In this document: positions 30,328 to 39,481 of the stretch, one piece after another
Layout: every line of letters begins with the position of its first letter
How positions within the stretch are numbered: position 1 is the first letter of the stretch
Source of the DNA: an uncultured Desulfarculus sp.
GTDB lineage: Bacteria; Desulfobacterota; Desulfarculia; Desulfarculales; Desulfarculaceae
DNA length: 64,000 nt
Assembly (NCBI GenBank): GCA_963665125.2
Contig: CAXXUK010000002.1
Location: forward strand, 128,001 to 192,000
Reading direction: 5' to 3'
Translations under genes and position numbers: made by a program
Notes under the pieces: model-generated
Told to the model about the DNA's origin: nothing
Database searches by the model: none
Seen by the model: the letters and a program-made list of their open reading frames with translations, nothing else

Positions 30328-31889
30328 AAACCACTGAAAATATCTTTCTGACCGGATTCATGGGCGCGGGCAAATCCAGCGCGGGTCTCATCCTGGCCCA
30401 GGCCATGGGCCGCCGCTTCGTGGACATGGACGACGAGCTGGTGGCCATCCTGGGCATGCCCATCGCCGATTTCTTTACCCAACAGGGCGAGGCCGCCTTC
30501 CGCAGGGAAGAGACAGCTCTGCTGGGCCGTCTGGCCAAGCGCCGGGGCATCGTGGCCGCCACGGGCGGAGGCGCGCCCATAAGCGAGGTCAACCGGGCCC
30601 TGATGCGGGGCCGGGGAAAGATCGTTTTTCTGGCGACAGGGCTCAATGATTGCCGCCGGCGCGTGGGCGCGGCGGGCCGGGACGCCCGGCCCAAGTGGCA
30701 GGACGATGATGCCGTGGCCGGGCTTTATACCCAGCGACAGCCCATCTACGCCGACTGCGACATCCGCGTGGACACCGGCGGGTTGGATCCCCTTCAGGTG
30801 GCGGCGGCGGTGATGAGCGCCCTGATCCCGGACCAGGTGTTCGACGCGGGCCTCGATGACAAACACTGCCCGGTGACGGCCACTTTCCAGGCCCCGGAAA
30901 AACTGGCTGAATTGGCCCGGGGCCGCCGGGTGGCGCTACTCACCGACGAAAACGTGGCCAGGCTGCACCTGGATCGCTACCGCCGGGTTTTGCAGCCCGA
31001 GACCGAGATCATCCTGCGGCCCGGCGAACGCACCAAGACCTTGGCTGGAGCCACCAAGGTCTATGACCAACTCATCGCCGCCCGCATGGAGCGCGGCGAT
31101 ATGATGGTGGCCATCGGCGGCGGCATGATCACCGACCTTGGGGCCTTCGTGGCCGCCACCTTCAAGCGGGGCATGGATTTTCTGTTGGTCTCCACCAGCC
31201 TGCTGGGCTGCGTGGACGCAAGCGTTGGCGGCAAGGCCGCGGTGAACCTGCCCCAGGTCAAGAACGTGGTGGGCATGTTCACCATACCCAAAGCCGTGAT
31301 CCTGGACCTGTGGGCCCTGTCGACCCTGCCCAGGGGCCAGCGGGCCGAGGGTCTGGCCGAGGCCTACAAGACCGGCCTGCTGGGTTGCCCGGAACTTTAC
31401 GAACTGATCAGCGGCAACATGAATGATCTGCTGGCCGGCGACCTGCCCGGCCTGGCGTCTTGCGCCCATCTGGCGGCGGCCACCAAGGCCGAGGTGGTCA
31501 GCGACGACTTCCGCGAAAAGGGCCGGCGGATGATCCTCAACCTGGGCCACACCTATGGCCACGCCGTGGAGGGCTGGCACAACTACCGCCTGAGCCACGG
31601 CCGTTCGGTGGCCATCGGCATGATGGCCGCGGCCCGCCTGAGCCAAAACCGGGGCCTGATCAGCGCCGAACTGGCCGACGAGATCGTGGCCGTTTGCGCC
31701 AAGCTGCGGGGCAAGGCCGTCAACCTGCCGGGCTTGGACGAGGCCTGGCCGATCATGCTGAACGACAAGAAGAATATCGGCGGCAAGATCATCTTCATTC
31801 TCCTTGAGGGCGTGGGCCGCGCCAGGGTCGTAAACGACGTAACCGAGGACGAACTGGCCAGGGCCCTGGAAGGCCTGGAGGAGGCCTGA
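30324..31889 (+). CDS. aroKB: Shikimate kinase / 3-dehydroquinate synthase fusion (AroK-AroB)
   Basis: GFMGAGKS and ATGGG (AroK); GGGMITDL, DASVGGK and LNLGHTYGHA (AroB). Confidence 0.92.
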   Translation: MKTTENIFLTGFMGAGKSSAGLILAQAMGRRFVDMDDELVAILGMPIADFFTQQGEAAFRREETALLGRLAKRRGIVAATGGGAPISEVNRALMRGRGKIVFLATGLNDCRRRVGAAGRDARPKWQDDDAVAGLYTQRQPIYADCDIRVDTGGLDPLQVAAAVMSALIPDQVFDAGLDDKHCPVTATFQAPEKLAELARGRRVALLTDENVARLHLDRYRRVLQPETEIILRPGERTKTLAGATKVYDQLIAARMERGDMMVAIGGGMITDLGAFVAATFKRGMDFLLVSTSLLGCVDASVGGKAAVNLPQVKNVVGMFTIPKAVILDLWALSTLPRGQRAEGLAEAYKTGLLGCPELYELISGNMNDLLAGDLPGLASCAHLAAATKAEVVSDDFREKGRRMILNLGHTYGHAVEGWHNYRLSHGRSVAIGMMAAARLSQNRGLISAELADEIVAVCAKLRGKAVNLPGLDEAWPIMLNDKKNIGGKIIFILLEGVGRARVVNDVTEDELARALEGLEEA

Positions 31890-32953
31890 TGTTCGGCAGC
31901 ACATTCGGCAATATCCTGCGGATCAGCACATTCGGCGAAAGCCACGGCAAGGCCGTGGGCGTGGTGGTCGACGGCGTCCCGGCGGGCCTGGCCCTGGACG
32001 AGGAACTGGTCCAAAAAGACCTGGACCGCCGCAAGCCCGGCACCAGCCAATACGTGACCCAGCGCAAGGAATCCGACACCGTGGAGATCTTCTCGGGCGT
32101 GGCCGGGGGCCGCACCCTGGGCAGCCCGGTGGCCATGCTGGTGCGCAACGTCGACGCCCGCAGCAAAGACTACGGCGACCTGCTGAGCATGTTCCGGCCG
32201 GGCCACGCCGATTTCGCCTACAACCGTAAATACGGCATAGCGCCCCAGCCCGGCGGCGGGCGGTCCTCGGGCCGCGAGACCGTGGGCCGGGTGGCGGCCG
32301 GGGCCATCGCCAAGGCCGTCATGGCCCCGTTGGGCGTGACGTTCCGGGCCTGCACGGTCTGCGTGGGCGGGGTCATGGCCGAGCGTATCGACTGGGATTT
32401 TGCCGAGGGGCACGTGCTGCGCTGCGCGGACCCGGACAGGGCCGACGAGATGACGGCAATGGTCGACGCGGCCAGGGCCGATGGAGACAGTATCGGCGGC
32501 ATGGTGCGCCTGGAGGTCTGCGGCGCGCCGGCGGGCCTCGGCGATCCGGCCTTCGGCAAGCTGGACGCCCTGCTGGCCGGGGCCATGATGGGCATCGGCA
32601 GCGTCAAGGGTGTGGAGATCGGCGCGGGTTTCGGCGTGGCCAGGCTGCGCGGCAGCCAGAACAACGACCCCATCACGCCGGACGGTTTCCAGAGCAACAA
32701 CGCCGGGGGCACCCTGGGCGGCATCTCCACTGGCCAGGACATCATCATGACCATGGCCATAAAACCCACGCCGTCCATCAGCCGGGAACAACAGACCATC
32801 GGCCTGGACGGCCAGCCCCGGACCATGAATATCAAGGGCCGCCACGACCCGTGCATCTGCCCGCGCATCGCCCCTGTCATCGAGGCCATGGCCGCGTTGG
32901 TGTTGGCCGACGCCTATCTGATGCAAACCGCCCTTAGCGGAGGTGTGAAGTGA
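31889..32953 (+). CDS. aroC: Chorismate synthase
   Basis: FGESHG, RPGHAD, GGGRSSGRET, KPTPSI and GRHDPC motifs. Confidence 0.96.
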   Translation: MFGSTFGNILRISTFGESHGKAVGVVVDGVPAGLALDEELVQKDLDRRKPGTSQYVTQRKESDTVEIFSGVAGGRTLGSPVAMLVRNVDARSKDYGDLLSMFRPGHADFAYNRKYGIAPQPGGGRSSGRETVGRVAAGAIAKAVMAPLGVTFRACTVCVGGVMAERIDWDFAEGHVLRCADPDRADEMTAMVDAARADGDSIGGMVRLEVCGAPAGLGDPAFGKLDALLAGAMMGIGSVKGVEIGAGFGVARLRGSQNNDPITPDGFQSNNAGGTLGGISTGQDIIMTMAIKPTPSISREQQTIGLDGQPRTMNIKGRHDPCICPRIAPVIEAMAALVLADAYLMQTALSGGVK

Positions 32954-33378
32954 AACTGCTTTTGTTGAACGGCCCCAACCTGAACATGCTGGGCCAGCGC
33001 GAACCGGGCCTGTACGGCAACAAGACCCTGCCCCAGATCGAAGACGAGGTGGTCGCCCTGGCCTCGGAGCACGGCATGGAGGTTGAATGCCTGCAAACCA
33101 ACAGCGAGGGCGGCATGGTCGACGCCATCCAGCGGGCCGGGGCCGAGCTTGACGGCGTGATCTTAAACGCCGCGGCCTACACCCACACCTCGGTGGCCGT
33201 GCGCGACGCGGTATTGGCCTGCGGCATCCCGGTGTTGGAGGTCCATCTGACCAACCCGCACGCCAGGGAGAGCTTCCGCCGGGTGTCCATGCTCTCGGGG
33301 GCGGCCAAGGGCGTCATCGCCGGGTTCGGGGCCGAGTCCTACGCCCTGGCCGTGTTATGGTTCGCCCGCAACAAGTAG
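32950..33378 (+). CDS. aroQ: Type II 3-dehydroquinate dehydratase
   Basis: LNGPNLNMLGQREP, NAAAYTHTS and EVHLTN motifs. Confidence 0.95.
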   Translation: MKLLLLNGPNLNMLGQREPGLYGNKTLPQIEDEVVALASEHGMEVECLQTNSEGGMVDAIQRAGAELDGVILNAAAYTHTSVAVRDAVLACGIPVLEVHLTNPHARESFRRVSMLSGAAKGVIAGFGAESYALAVLWFARNK

Positions 33379-33442
33379 CCGCCTCGCCGGGCCCGGTCCT
33401 GATATATAATTTAATTTTGTTCTATGTATCAGATTATTACCG

Positions 33443-34456
33443 TCACGGCATGGCCTGCATACCCACGAACGAACTGCCGGGCATCAGGTCCGAAACCCTG
33501 ACGGTTGAAAATCCGCTTTCCCTAAGCTGCTCCTTGAGTCTCAACGGATCCGGCAGCAATGTGACCCCTTGCATGGAAGCATTGGCCATATTCAGGTTGG
33601 CCGCCCCGAAATCAGAGTCTTTTCCCTGCATATTCATGACAATGACAAGGCTGCCTCCCGCCGTCAGTCTGGAGCGCAGGGTTTTAAAAAGTTCGGGACG
33701 CTGTTCAACCGGGAAATAGTAAACAACGTTAACCAGGGTGATCAGATCAAAACGTGGTGTATTTTCCGCCAGGTTCCGGATATCCCCCTTAATAATCTCA
33801 AACCTCTCCTGAAGTTCCCATTTTTCCATATTCTGCATCGCCTGCCTGGCTGCGGATTCATCAGCTTCAATCCCTAAGCCTGACAGCTCCGGGTTGATTT
33901 GCGAAATGCTTTTTAAAAGAAGTCCTGATCCGCATCCGATATCCAGGACCCGGATTCCCGGGACCTTGGGCACGATGTCCGACAGAAACGCTTTGATAAC
34001 GGGGTCTGAGAGTTTAGAGAATCTGGCAATAATATCGCCGGCCCATTCCAGGTCATCACCCAGGGCCGCGCCTTTCATCCGGGCTGCGGCATGACGATAT
34101 GAATTGTTGTAATAGGTTACATTGGCCTGAATTATTGCCGACAGGGTATCTCCGTGTGCACCAACCATGGCCAGAGACCTTTTCCCTCTGATACCATAGC
34201 GACCCTTTTCATAGTTCAATTCTTTAAGAGAAATGCCGACTTTAAGCAAGGCATCCAATATGTCGGGGTTTTTAACCTCCAGTGTTTCGATCAGGTCGTT
34301 CCTGGAGCAAGGAGTTCGCAATGCCTCAAGAAGCCCGGATTCAATTGCAGCGTGCAGGAAGTGATATCTGCCGATCCCTTTTAAGTCTGAAACCACTGAA
34401 AAGAGCCCTGGTATTTTAATTGTTTTTAGAAGCGAATATATATACTTGAATTGCAT
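33443..34456 (-). CDS. Class I SAM-dependent methyltransferase with N-terminal dimerisation/wHTH region
   Basis: VLDIGCGSG motif. Lower GC than the flanks. Confidence 0.85.
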   Translation of the reverse strand: MQFKYIYSLLKTIKIPGLFSVVSDLKGIGRYHFLHAAIESGLLEALRTPCSRNDLIETLEVKNPDILDALLKVGISLKELNYEKGRYGIRGKRSLAMVGAHGDTLSAIIQANVTYYNNSYRHAAARMKGAALGDDLEWAGDIIARFSKLSDPVIKAFLSDIVPKVPGIRVLDIGCGSGLLLKSISQINPELSGLGIEADESAARQAMQNMEKWELQERFEIIKGDIRNLAENTPRFDLITLVNVVYYFPVEQRPELFKTLRSRLTAGGSLVIVMNMQGKDSDFGAANLNMANASMQGVTLLPDPLRLKEQLRESGFSTVRVSDLMPGSSFVGMQAMP

Positions 34457-34474
34457 ATTGTTTTTCCTTTGATG

Positions 34475-35098
34475 TCATCTGGGTTGCCCTACGCCGGCCA
34501 AAATCTGATTTAGCATTCCTTTCAGTGTGTCAAGCATGGTTTTCACATCAACTTCAGGGCTGTTTAATCCTTCATAAAGGACAATCAAATAGTGGGAGAA
34601 AAAGGCCCTAGCGCACAGTAAGGTGTCGGCTTCGGGCCGGATATCCTTTCTTTCTTTTGCCTGTTCCAGCATATTGCGGACCAGGAAAACGAATTCATAA
34701 GCTTGCGTGGTTAACTTCTCTCCCCATTCCCCTTTTACAAACCAGAGTTCCTTTAATAATGTACGGGACAGATCAGGGCGTTTTGCATAATAAGTGTAGA
34801 AAAACCGGGCAAGATGAAGAAATCTGTCACACACATTTGCGTATTTGGGCATGCTTTTCGTGGCGCTTGACTGGGTGGAAGCGAGATCATCCAATAATGC
34901 GGCAATGAGTAGTGATGACTTATCCGGGAAATGACTGAAGACCGTTCCGACACCCACACCGGCACGCCTTGCGATGGCCCGTGTGGAAGCTTTTTCAAAA
35001 CCCAGCTCATTGAAAAGCTCCCGGGCGCTCTCAAGGATGATTCTCCGGGTCTCCTCTCTTTGAATATGCCTCCGGCTTCCAGTTTCTTTACTATCCAT
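34475..35098 (-). CDS. TetR/AcrR family regulator
   Basis: IARRAGVGVGTVFSHFPDK HTH. Confidence 0.9.
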   Translation of the reverse strand: MDSKETGSRRHIQREETRRIILESARELFNELGFEKASTRAIARRAGVGVGTVFSHFPDKSSLLIAALLDDLASTQSSATKSMPKYANVCDRFLHLARFFYTYYAKRPDLSRTLLKELWFVKGEWGEKLTTQAYEFVFLVRNMLEQAKERKDIRPEADTLLCARAFFSHYLIVLYEGLNSPEVDVKTMLDTLKGMLNQILAGVGQPR

Positions 35099-35119
35099 TG
35101 TTACCTTCAAATATGATGT

Positions 35120-35156
35120 AAAATGAGCATGCTCATTATTTGAGCATGCTCATTTT
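35120..35156. promoter_or_regulatory. Tandem palindromic operator TGAGCATGCTCA x2 (probable TetR site)
   Basis: AATGAGCATGCTCATT at 35122-35137 and TGAGCATGCTCA at 35141-35152, immediately upstream of tetR. Confidence 0.75.
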
Positions 35157-35226
35157 AATGAAATAGTTTTTTTAATGCAATTTCAAAATGACAAAATACC
35201 AGGGTTAACTAGTTGGCATTTCACAC

Positions 35227-35318
35227 TGAAATTGCCCCGATCTGGTGGACATAGAATAATTTCGAGGAGAGAGCATCTCCCGCGATTATTCCATGTCCGT
35301 ATTTGATGGGTTTGATTA
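35227..35318. mobile_element. 92-bp miniature element made of two IS3-type ends
   Basis: Ends TGAAATTGCCCCGATCTGGTGGACA and (revcomp) TAATCAAACCCATCAAATACGGACA have GGACA at positions 21-25, as in the IS3 IRs at 8157/9412. The interior is palindromic. Confidence 0.55.
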
Positions 35319-35324
35319 TTCGCG

Positions 35325-35422
35325 GGGTGTCCATGCTCTCGGGCGCAGCCAAGGGCGTCATCGCCGGGTTCGGGGCCGAATCCTATGCCCTGGCCGTGTT
35401 GTGGTTTGCCCGCAACAAGTAG
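35325..35422 (+). repeat. Second copy of the aroQ 3' end (matches 33281..33378)
   Basis: 92/98 identical. All 6 differences are synonymous third-position changes. Confidence 0.92.
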
Positions 35423-35522
35423 CCGCGCCGCCGGGCCCCGAAACTTATACTTGACCGGCCGGGCCCGGTTCTGATATACATATGTAGATCATCAAATATT
35501 GATAATGATATTGGGGGGTATC

Positions 35523-36074
35523 ATGAAACGCACGTCTATAGTTCTATTCTTTTGCATTTTGTTCAGCCTAAGCGCCTGCGCCTTCGCGCCGGTGAACAAG
35601 CCCGAAGTAGACCTTGAAAAAAACATGGCCCATGCCGATTTTGATCTGCCCATGGATCAGGCAAAGGCCCTGGCCGAAAAAACCTACGACATCATGGGCT
35701 ACCAAAAAAAAGGCGAAAACCAAAAACCGGATAGCCTTTTAATCGCCACCACGCCCAAGGCTTTGCCCAGCGTTGGCAACTGCAGCTGCGGCACCTGGAA
35801 CGGCTCAAAGGTGCAAGGCGATGTCCTTTCTATTGTCGCCATAGATCTGGCGCCCGTATCAGCGCAAAAGACCAGGGTGAGCGTAAAGGTGCTCTATATC
35901 ACCAAGTTCACCGGGCACAATCTGTACGGCGCAACCACCCGGCAGGAGGTCGTGAAATGTCAGTCCACGGGTAAAAAGGAGCGGCAGTTCATCGAGATCA
36001 TGACCCGTCTGGCCAACAAACCGGAACAGCAGAACGGCAACACGGCCGGCAAGGTTTCTCAGCAGGCAAAATAA
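35523..36074 (+). CDS. Hypothetical lipoprotein (paralog 1)
   Basis: Lipobox LSAC. CSCGTWNG and CQSTG motifs. Confidence 0.75.
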   Translation: MKRTSIVLFFCILFSLSACAFAPVNKPEVDLEKNMAHADFDLPMDQAKALAEKTYDIMGYQKKGENQKPDSLLIATTPKALPSVGNCSCGTWNGSKVQGDVLSIVAIDLAPVSAQKTRVSVKVLYITKFTGHNLYGATTRQEVVKCQSTGKKERQFIEIMTRLANKPEQQNGNTAGKVSQQAK

Positions 36075-36219
36075 ATTCAGGTGCCCCGCCCCTGGGGTGA
36101 TCCGGCGGGCGGGGCGCTCTTGTTTAAGCCCAGCGGATTGCGGCGCTCGGGCGTCTGCTCCGGCTTTGGTGTTTAATTACAGTTCACCGAATATTGACAA
36201 TGATATTGGGGGGGGTATC

Positions 36220-36732
36220 ATGCGACGCACTTCTATCTTAATCATCCTTTTGTCTTTGCTCAGCCTTAATGCCTGCGCCTTCGCGCCGGTTAACAGACCA
36301 ATGGTCGATCCCCACCTCAGCATGGCTCATGGCGTTTATGCCAACTTGCCTGCCGCTAAGGCAAAAGACATAGTTCTAAAGGCCATCGAAACATCGGGCT
36401 ATCAGGTCTACCGCGAGGAAAAACGGCCTGACGGCTGGGAAATCATGACCATGGATAGGCAAGTGCTCATTAACGACTATTTCTGCAATTGCGGAGATTG
36501 GAACGGTACGAAACTCGGTGGCTCCGCCGACTCCAGGATAATTGTAACCATTGAGCAAACAGCCTCCGGCACGTCCAATGTCGCGGTTTCTTATACTTAC
36601 GAGGGGCTGTTCACGGGCCGCAATATTTACGGCATGATTACCCGGCAGGAAAAGGTGCCCTGCCAGTCAACCGGCACGCAGGAGCGCCAGTTCATCGACT
36701 TGCTCGACGCTCTGGTCAGGGACCTCCGCTAG
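36220..36732 (+). CDS. Hypothetical lipoprotein (paralog 2)
   Basis: Lipobox LNAC. CNCGDWNG and CQSTG motifs. Confidence 0.75.
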   Translation: MRRTSILIILLSLLSLNACAFAPVNRPMVDPHLSMAHGVYANLPAAKAKDIVLKAIETSGYQVYREEKRPDGWEIMTMDRQVLINDYFCNCGDWNGTKLGGSADSRIIVTIEQTASGTSNVAVSYTYEGLFTGRNIYGMITRQEKVPCQSTGTQERQFIDLLDALVRDLR

Positions 36733-36745
36733 CACCAGGCATGCC

Positions 36746-37663
36746 TTAGGCCCAGCGGATCTCGGCGGGCAGGCGTCCGGCCTGGCGCTGGAATTTTTCC
36801 TTGCACCGGCCCAGGGCCAATACGGCGTGGGCCGTCTCGCCGTCGGGCATGTTGATGACCTGTTTGGCGCCGGGGTGGCGTTTGAGGGCGTTTAGGGCAA
36901 AGCCGATGTAGCACGAGCCCAGGCCCATAGCGTGGGCGGCCAGCATCACGTTCTGGGCGGCCAGGTTGCAGTCGGCCGCGGGCATGCCTTCCTCGCCCTT
37001 GTAGCCGATGACCATCACCGCCGGGGCGTGATAGAAAAAGCGGTCCCAGCCTTCATTGCGCCATTGGCCCAGGCGCACGGCCATGGATTCCAGATAGTTG
37101 TCCCGCCAGTACTGCATATCGCGTTTGCTTGCCGGGTCCAGGCTGTTGACGAACGCCTCGTCGGCGGCAAAGGCGTTGATGGCCTCAAAGGCCACGCATA
37201 CCTCTTCCAGAAACGCCAGCACGGCCTTGCGGTCGGCCAACAGGGTGAAGGTCCAGAGCTGGTTGTTGCTGGCCGAGGGGGCCATGCGGGCGAAACTGAC
37301 CAAGTCTTCCAGGATTTCGCGGCTCAGGGGCTGGTTTTCGTCGAAAACGCGGCAGGAACGGCGCGAGGCCATCAGCCGGGCCAGTTGGGCCGGGTCGAAA
37401 TCGCCCGGTTTCAGATAGGAGCGGTCAAAGCGGAAGCTGTTCATGGGCACCTGGCCCGCGTCCGGCCCCTGGCCCAGGGCTGTCACCGATACGGCGTCCG
37501 AGGGGCACACGGCCAGGCAGTGGCCGCAGGCGATGCAGCGCTCTCCGCTGACCACGGCCTTGTCGTCGTTCATGCTCAGGGTCCGGGCCGGGCAGGTCTG
37601 CACGCACAGGCCGCAGCCGATGCATTTTTCCTGGTCAATGGCGGTGGTGACGGCAGTGTCCAT
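36746..37663 (-). CDS. Nitroreductase with N-terminal 2x[4Fe-4S] ferredoxin domain
   Basis: CIGCGLCVQTCP, CIACGHCLAVCP, RRSCR and APSASN motifs. Confidence 0.9.
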   Translation of the reverse strand: MDTAVTTAIDQEKCIGCGLCVQTCPARTLSMNDDKAVVSGERCIACGHCLAVCPSDAVSVTALGQGPDAGQVPMNSFRFDRSYLKPGDFDPAQLARLMASRRSCRVFDENQPLSREILEDLVSFARMAPSASNNQLWTFTLLADRKAVLAFLEEVCVAFEAINAFAADEAFVNSLDPASKRDMQYWRDNYLESMAVRLGQWRNEGWDRFFYHAPAVMVIGYKGEEGMPAADCNLAAQNVMLAAHAMGLGSCYIGFALNALKRHPGAKQVINMPDGETAHAVLALGRCKEKFQRQAGRLPAEIRWA

Positions 37664-37683
37664 GGATCATGCTCCTTTAAATG

Positions 37684-37724
37684 AAAAAACCCGCATCCGG
37701 CGAAATACTAACCGGATGCGGGCT
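37684..37724 (-). terminator. Rho-independent terminator after xsc
   Basis: CCCGCATCCGG/CCGGATGCGGG stem with an A6 run on + (U-run on -). Confidence 0.7.
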
Positions 37725-37747
37725 CGGGGGGAAGATGGGTTCCTTTT

Positions 37748-39472
37748 TTATTTGGCGCGCAAATGAGCGTACTTGTCAAGATGACGCTCGGGCATCTTCA
37801 ATGCGTCGCGCCTAAACGGCTCGGCCAGAACTTCCTCGCCGCCCTGGATCTTGGCGTTGATAACGCAGGGACGGCCCGAGGCCACGGCGTCCTTGATCAC
37901 GTCCTGGACTTCGTTGTAGTCCTCGACCACGTAACCCTTGGCGCCCATGACTTCGGCCAATGCCGCGTAGTCCGGGTTTTCCCGCAGGTTGGAGCCCACA
38001 AAGCGGTTGTCGTAGTAGTCGATCTGGTTTTTCTTCTCGGCGCCCCACTCGAAGTTGTTGGCCACCACGGCGATGACGGGAATGTCTTCGCGCACGGCGG
38101 TCATCACTTCCTGGATGCCGCTGATGCCGTAGGCGCCGTCGCCCTGGAAGGCGAAGACAGGGGCCTTGGGGTTGGCGATTTTGGCGCCCATGGCCGCGCC
38201 GTAGGCGAAGCCGCAGTTGCCCCAGCTAAGGGCCGAGATGTGCTGGCGCACGCCGCTGAAGCGGAAGTAGGCGTTGCACATGGAGCTGTTGTTGCCGATA
38301 TCGGTGGCCACGATGGAGCCGGTGGGCATGGCCAGGGACAGCTCGCGCAGGAAGCGGCGGGGCTGCATCAGCTTGTTGGTGCTGGTGCTCCACTCTTCCA
38401 ACTCGTCGGCCCAGATCTTCTTTTCCTTGGCCACGTCTTCCAGACGCCCGGCGTTTTCGGCCAGGCCGGGGGCGATCTCCTGGATAGCCTTGAGCAGCTC
38501 TGGGGTGTATTCCTTGCAGTCGGCGCAGGAGGCGATGTCCACGCGCTTACTCAGGCCCAGCACCGCGACGTTCATGTCCACTTGGATGATCTTGGCGTTT
38601 TCCGGCCAGTAGGCGATGTCATATTGGGGCAGGGTGCCAAAGGGGCCCAAGCGGCTGCCCAGGGCCAGGACCACGTCGGCCTTGGCGATGGTGCGCATGG
38701 CTGCCTTGGAACCGCAGTAGCCGATGGGGCCCAGCGACAGCTTGTGGTCGGCCGGGAAGGTGTCGTTGTGCAGGTAGCTGTTGACCACAGGCGCGGTGAG
38801 GTACTCGGCCAGGGCCTTGACCTCTTCCATGGCGTCGGCCTGGCTCACGCCGCCGCCGGCCAGGATCACCGGGTATTTGGCCTCGGCCAGCATCTTGGCG
38901 GCGGCCTTGAGGTCGGTCAGGCTGCCCACGCCGCGGCTGATTGTCGGGGTCTCGTAGATCTCGTCGTTGCACACGCCGTAGAACAGGTCCCGGGGGATGT
39001 TGAGCTGGGTCGGACCATTGAGGTTTTTGGCCATGTAGAAGGCCCGGCGGCTCAACTCGGCCATGCGCTGGGCCTGGTTGACCCGCACCTGGTAGACGGT
39101 CTGGGCCTCGAACATCGGCATCTGGTCCAGCTCCTGGAAGCCGCCGGTGCCGATGCCCATGGTGCCGGTTTCGGGGGTGATGGCCACCACGGGCGAATGG
39201 GCCCAATAGGCCGCCACGATGGCCGAAACAAAGTTTGCGGCGCCGGGGCCGTTCTGGGCGATGCATGCCTGGGGTTTGCCGGTGACGCGGGCCATGCCGT
39301 CGGCCGCGTGGGCCGCTGCTTGTTCGTGAGCTACCGGGATGAACCGGATACCGGCCGCGGGGAACAGATCAAGCGCGTCCATGAACGCGCTACCCACGAT
39401 ACCGAAGACGTTTTGCACGCCCTCGGCGACCATGGTCTCTACCAAAGCCTCGGAAGGAGTCATCTTTGGCAT
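37748..39472 (-). CDS. xsc: Sulfoacetaldehyde acetyltransferase (ThDP-dependent)
   Basis: MTPSEALVET...FGIVGSAFMD, HEQ, AQNGPG, GNCGFA, GDGA, WGAEKKNQ and EPFRRDA are typical of Xsc. Adjacent tauE. Confidence 0.85.
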   Translation of the reverse strand: MPKMTPSEALVETMVAEGVQNVFGIVGSAFMDALDLFPAAGIRFIPVAHEQAAAHAADGMARVTGKPQACIAQNGPGAANFVSAIVAAYWAHSPVVAITPETGTMGIGTGGFQELDQMPMFEAQTVYQVRVNQAQRMAELSRRAFYMAKNLNGPTQLNIPRDLFYGVCNDEIYETPTISRGVGSLTDLKAAAKMLAEAKYPVILAGGGVSQADAMEEVKALAEYLTAPVVNSYLHNDTFPADHKLSLGPIGYCGSKAAMRTIAKADVVLALGSRLGPFGTLPQYDIAYWPENAKIIQVDMNVAVLGLSKRVDIASCADCKEYTPELLKAIQEIAPGLAENAGRLEDVAKEKKIWADELEEWSTSTNKLMQPRRFLRELSLAMPTGSIVATDIGNNSSMCNAYFRFSGVRQHISALSWGNCGFAYGAAMGAKIANPKAPVFAFQGDGAYGISGIQEVMTAVREDIPVIAVVANNFEWGAEKKNQIDYYDNRFVGSNLRENPDYAALAEVMGAKGYVVEDYNEVQDVIKDAVASGRPCVINAKIQGGEEVLAEPFRRDALKMPERHLDKYAHLRAK

Positions 39473-39481
39473 ATTTTCCTC

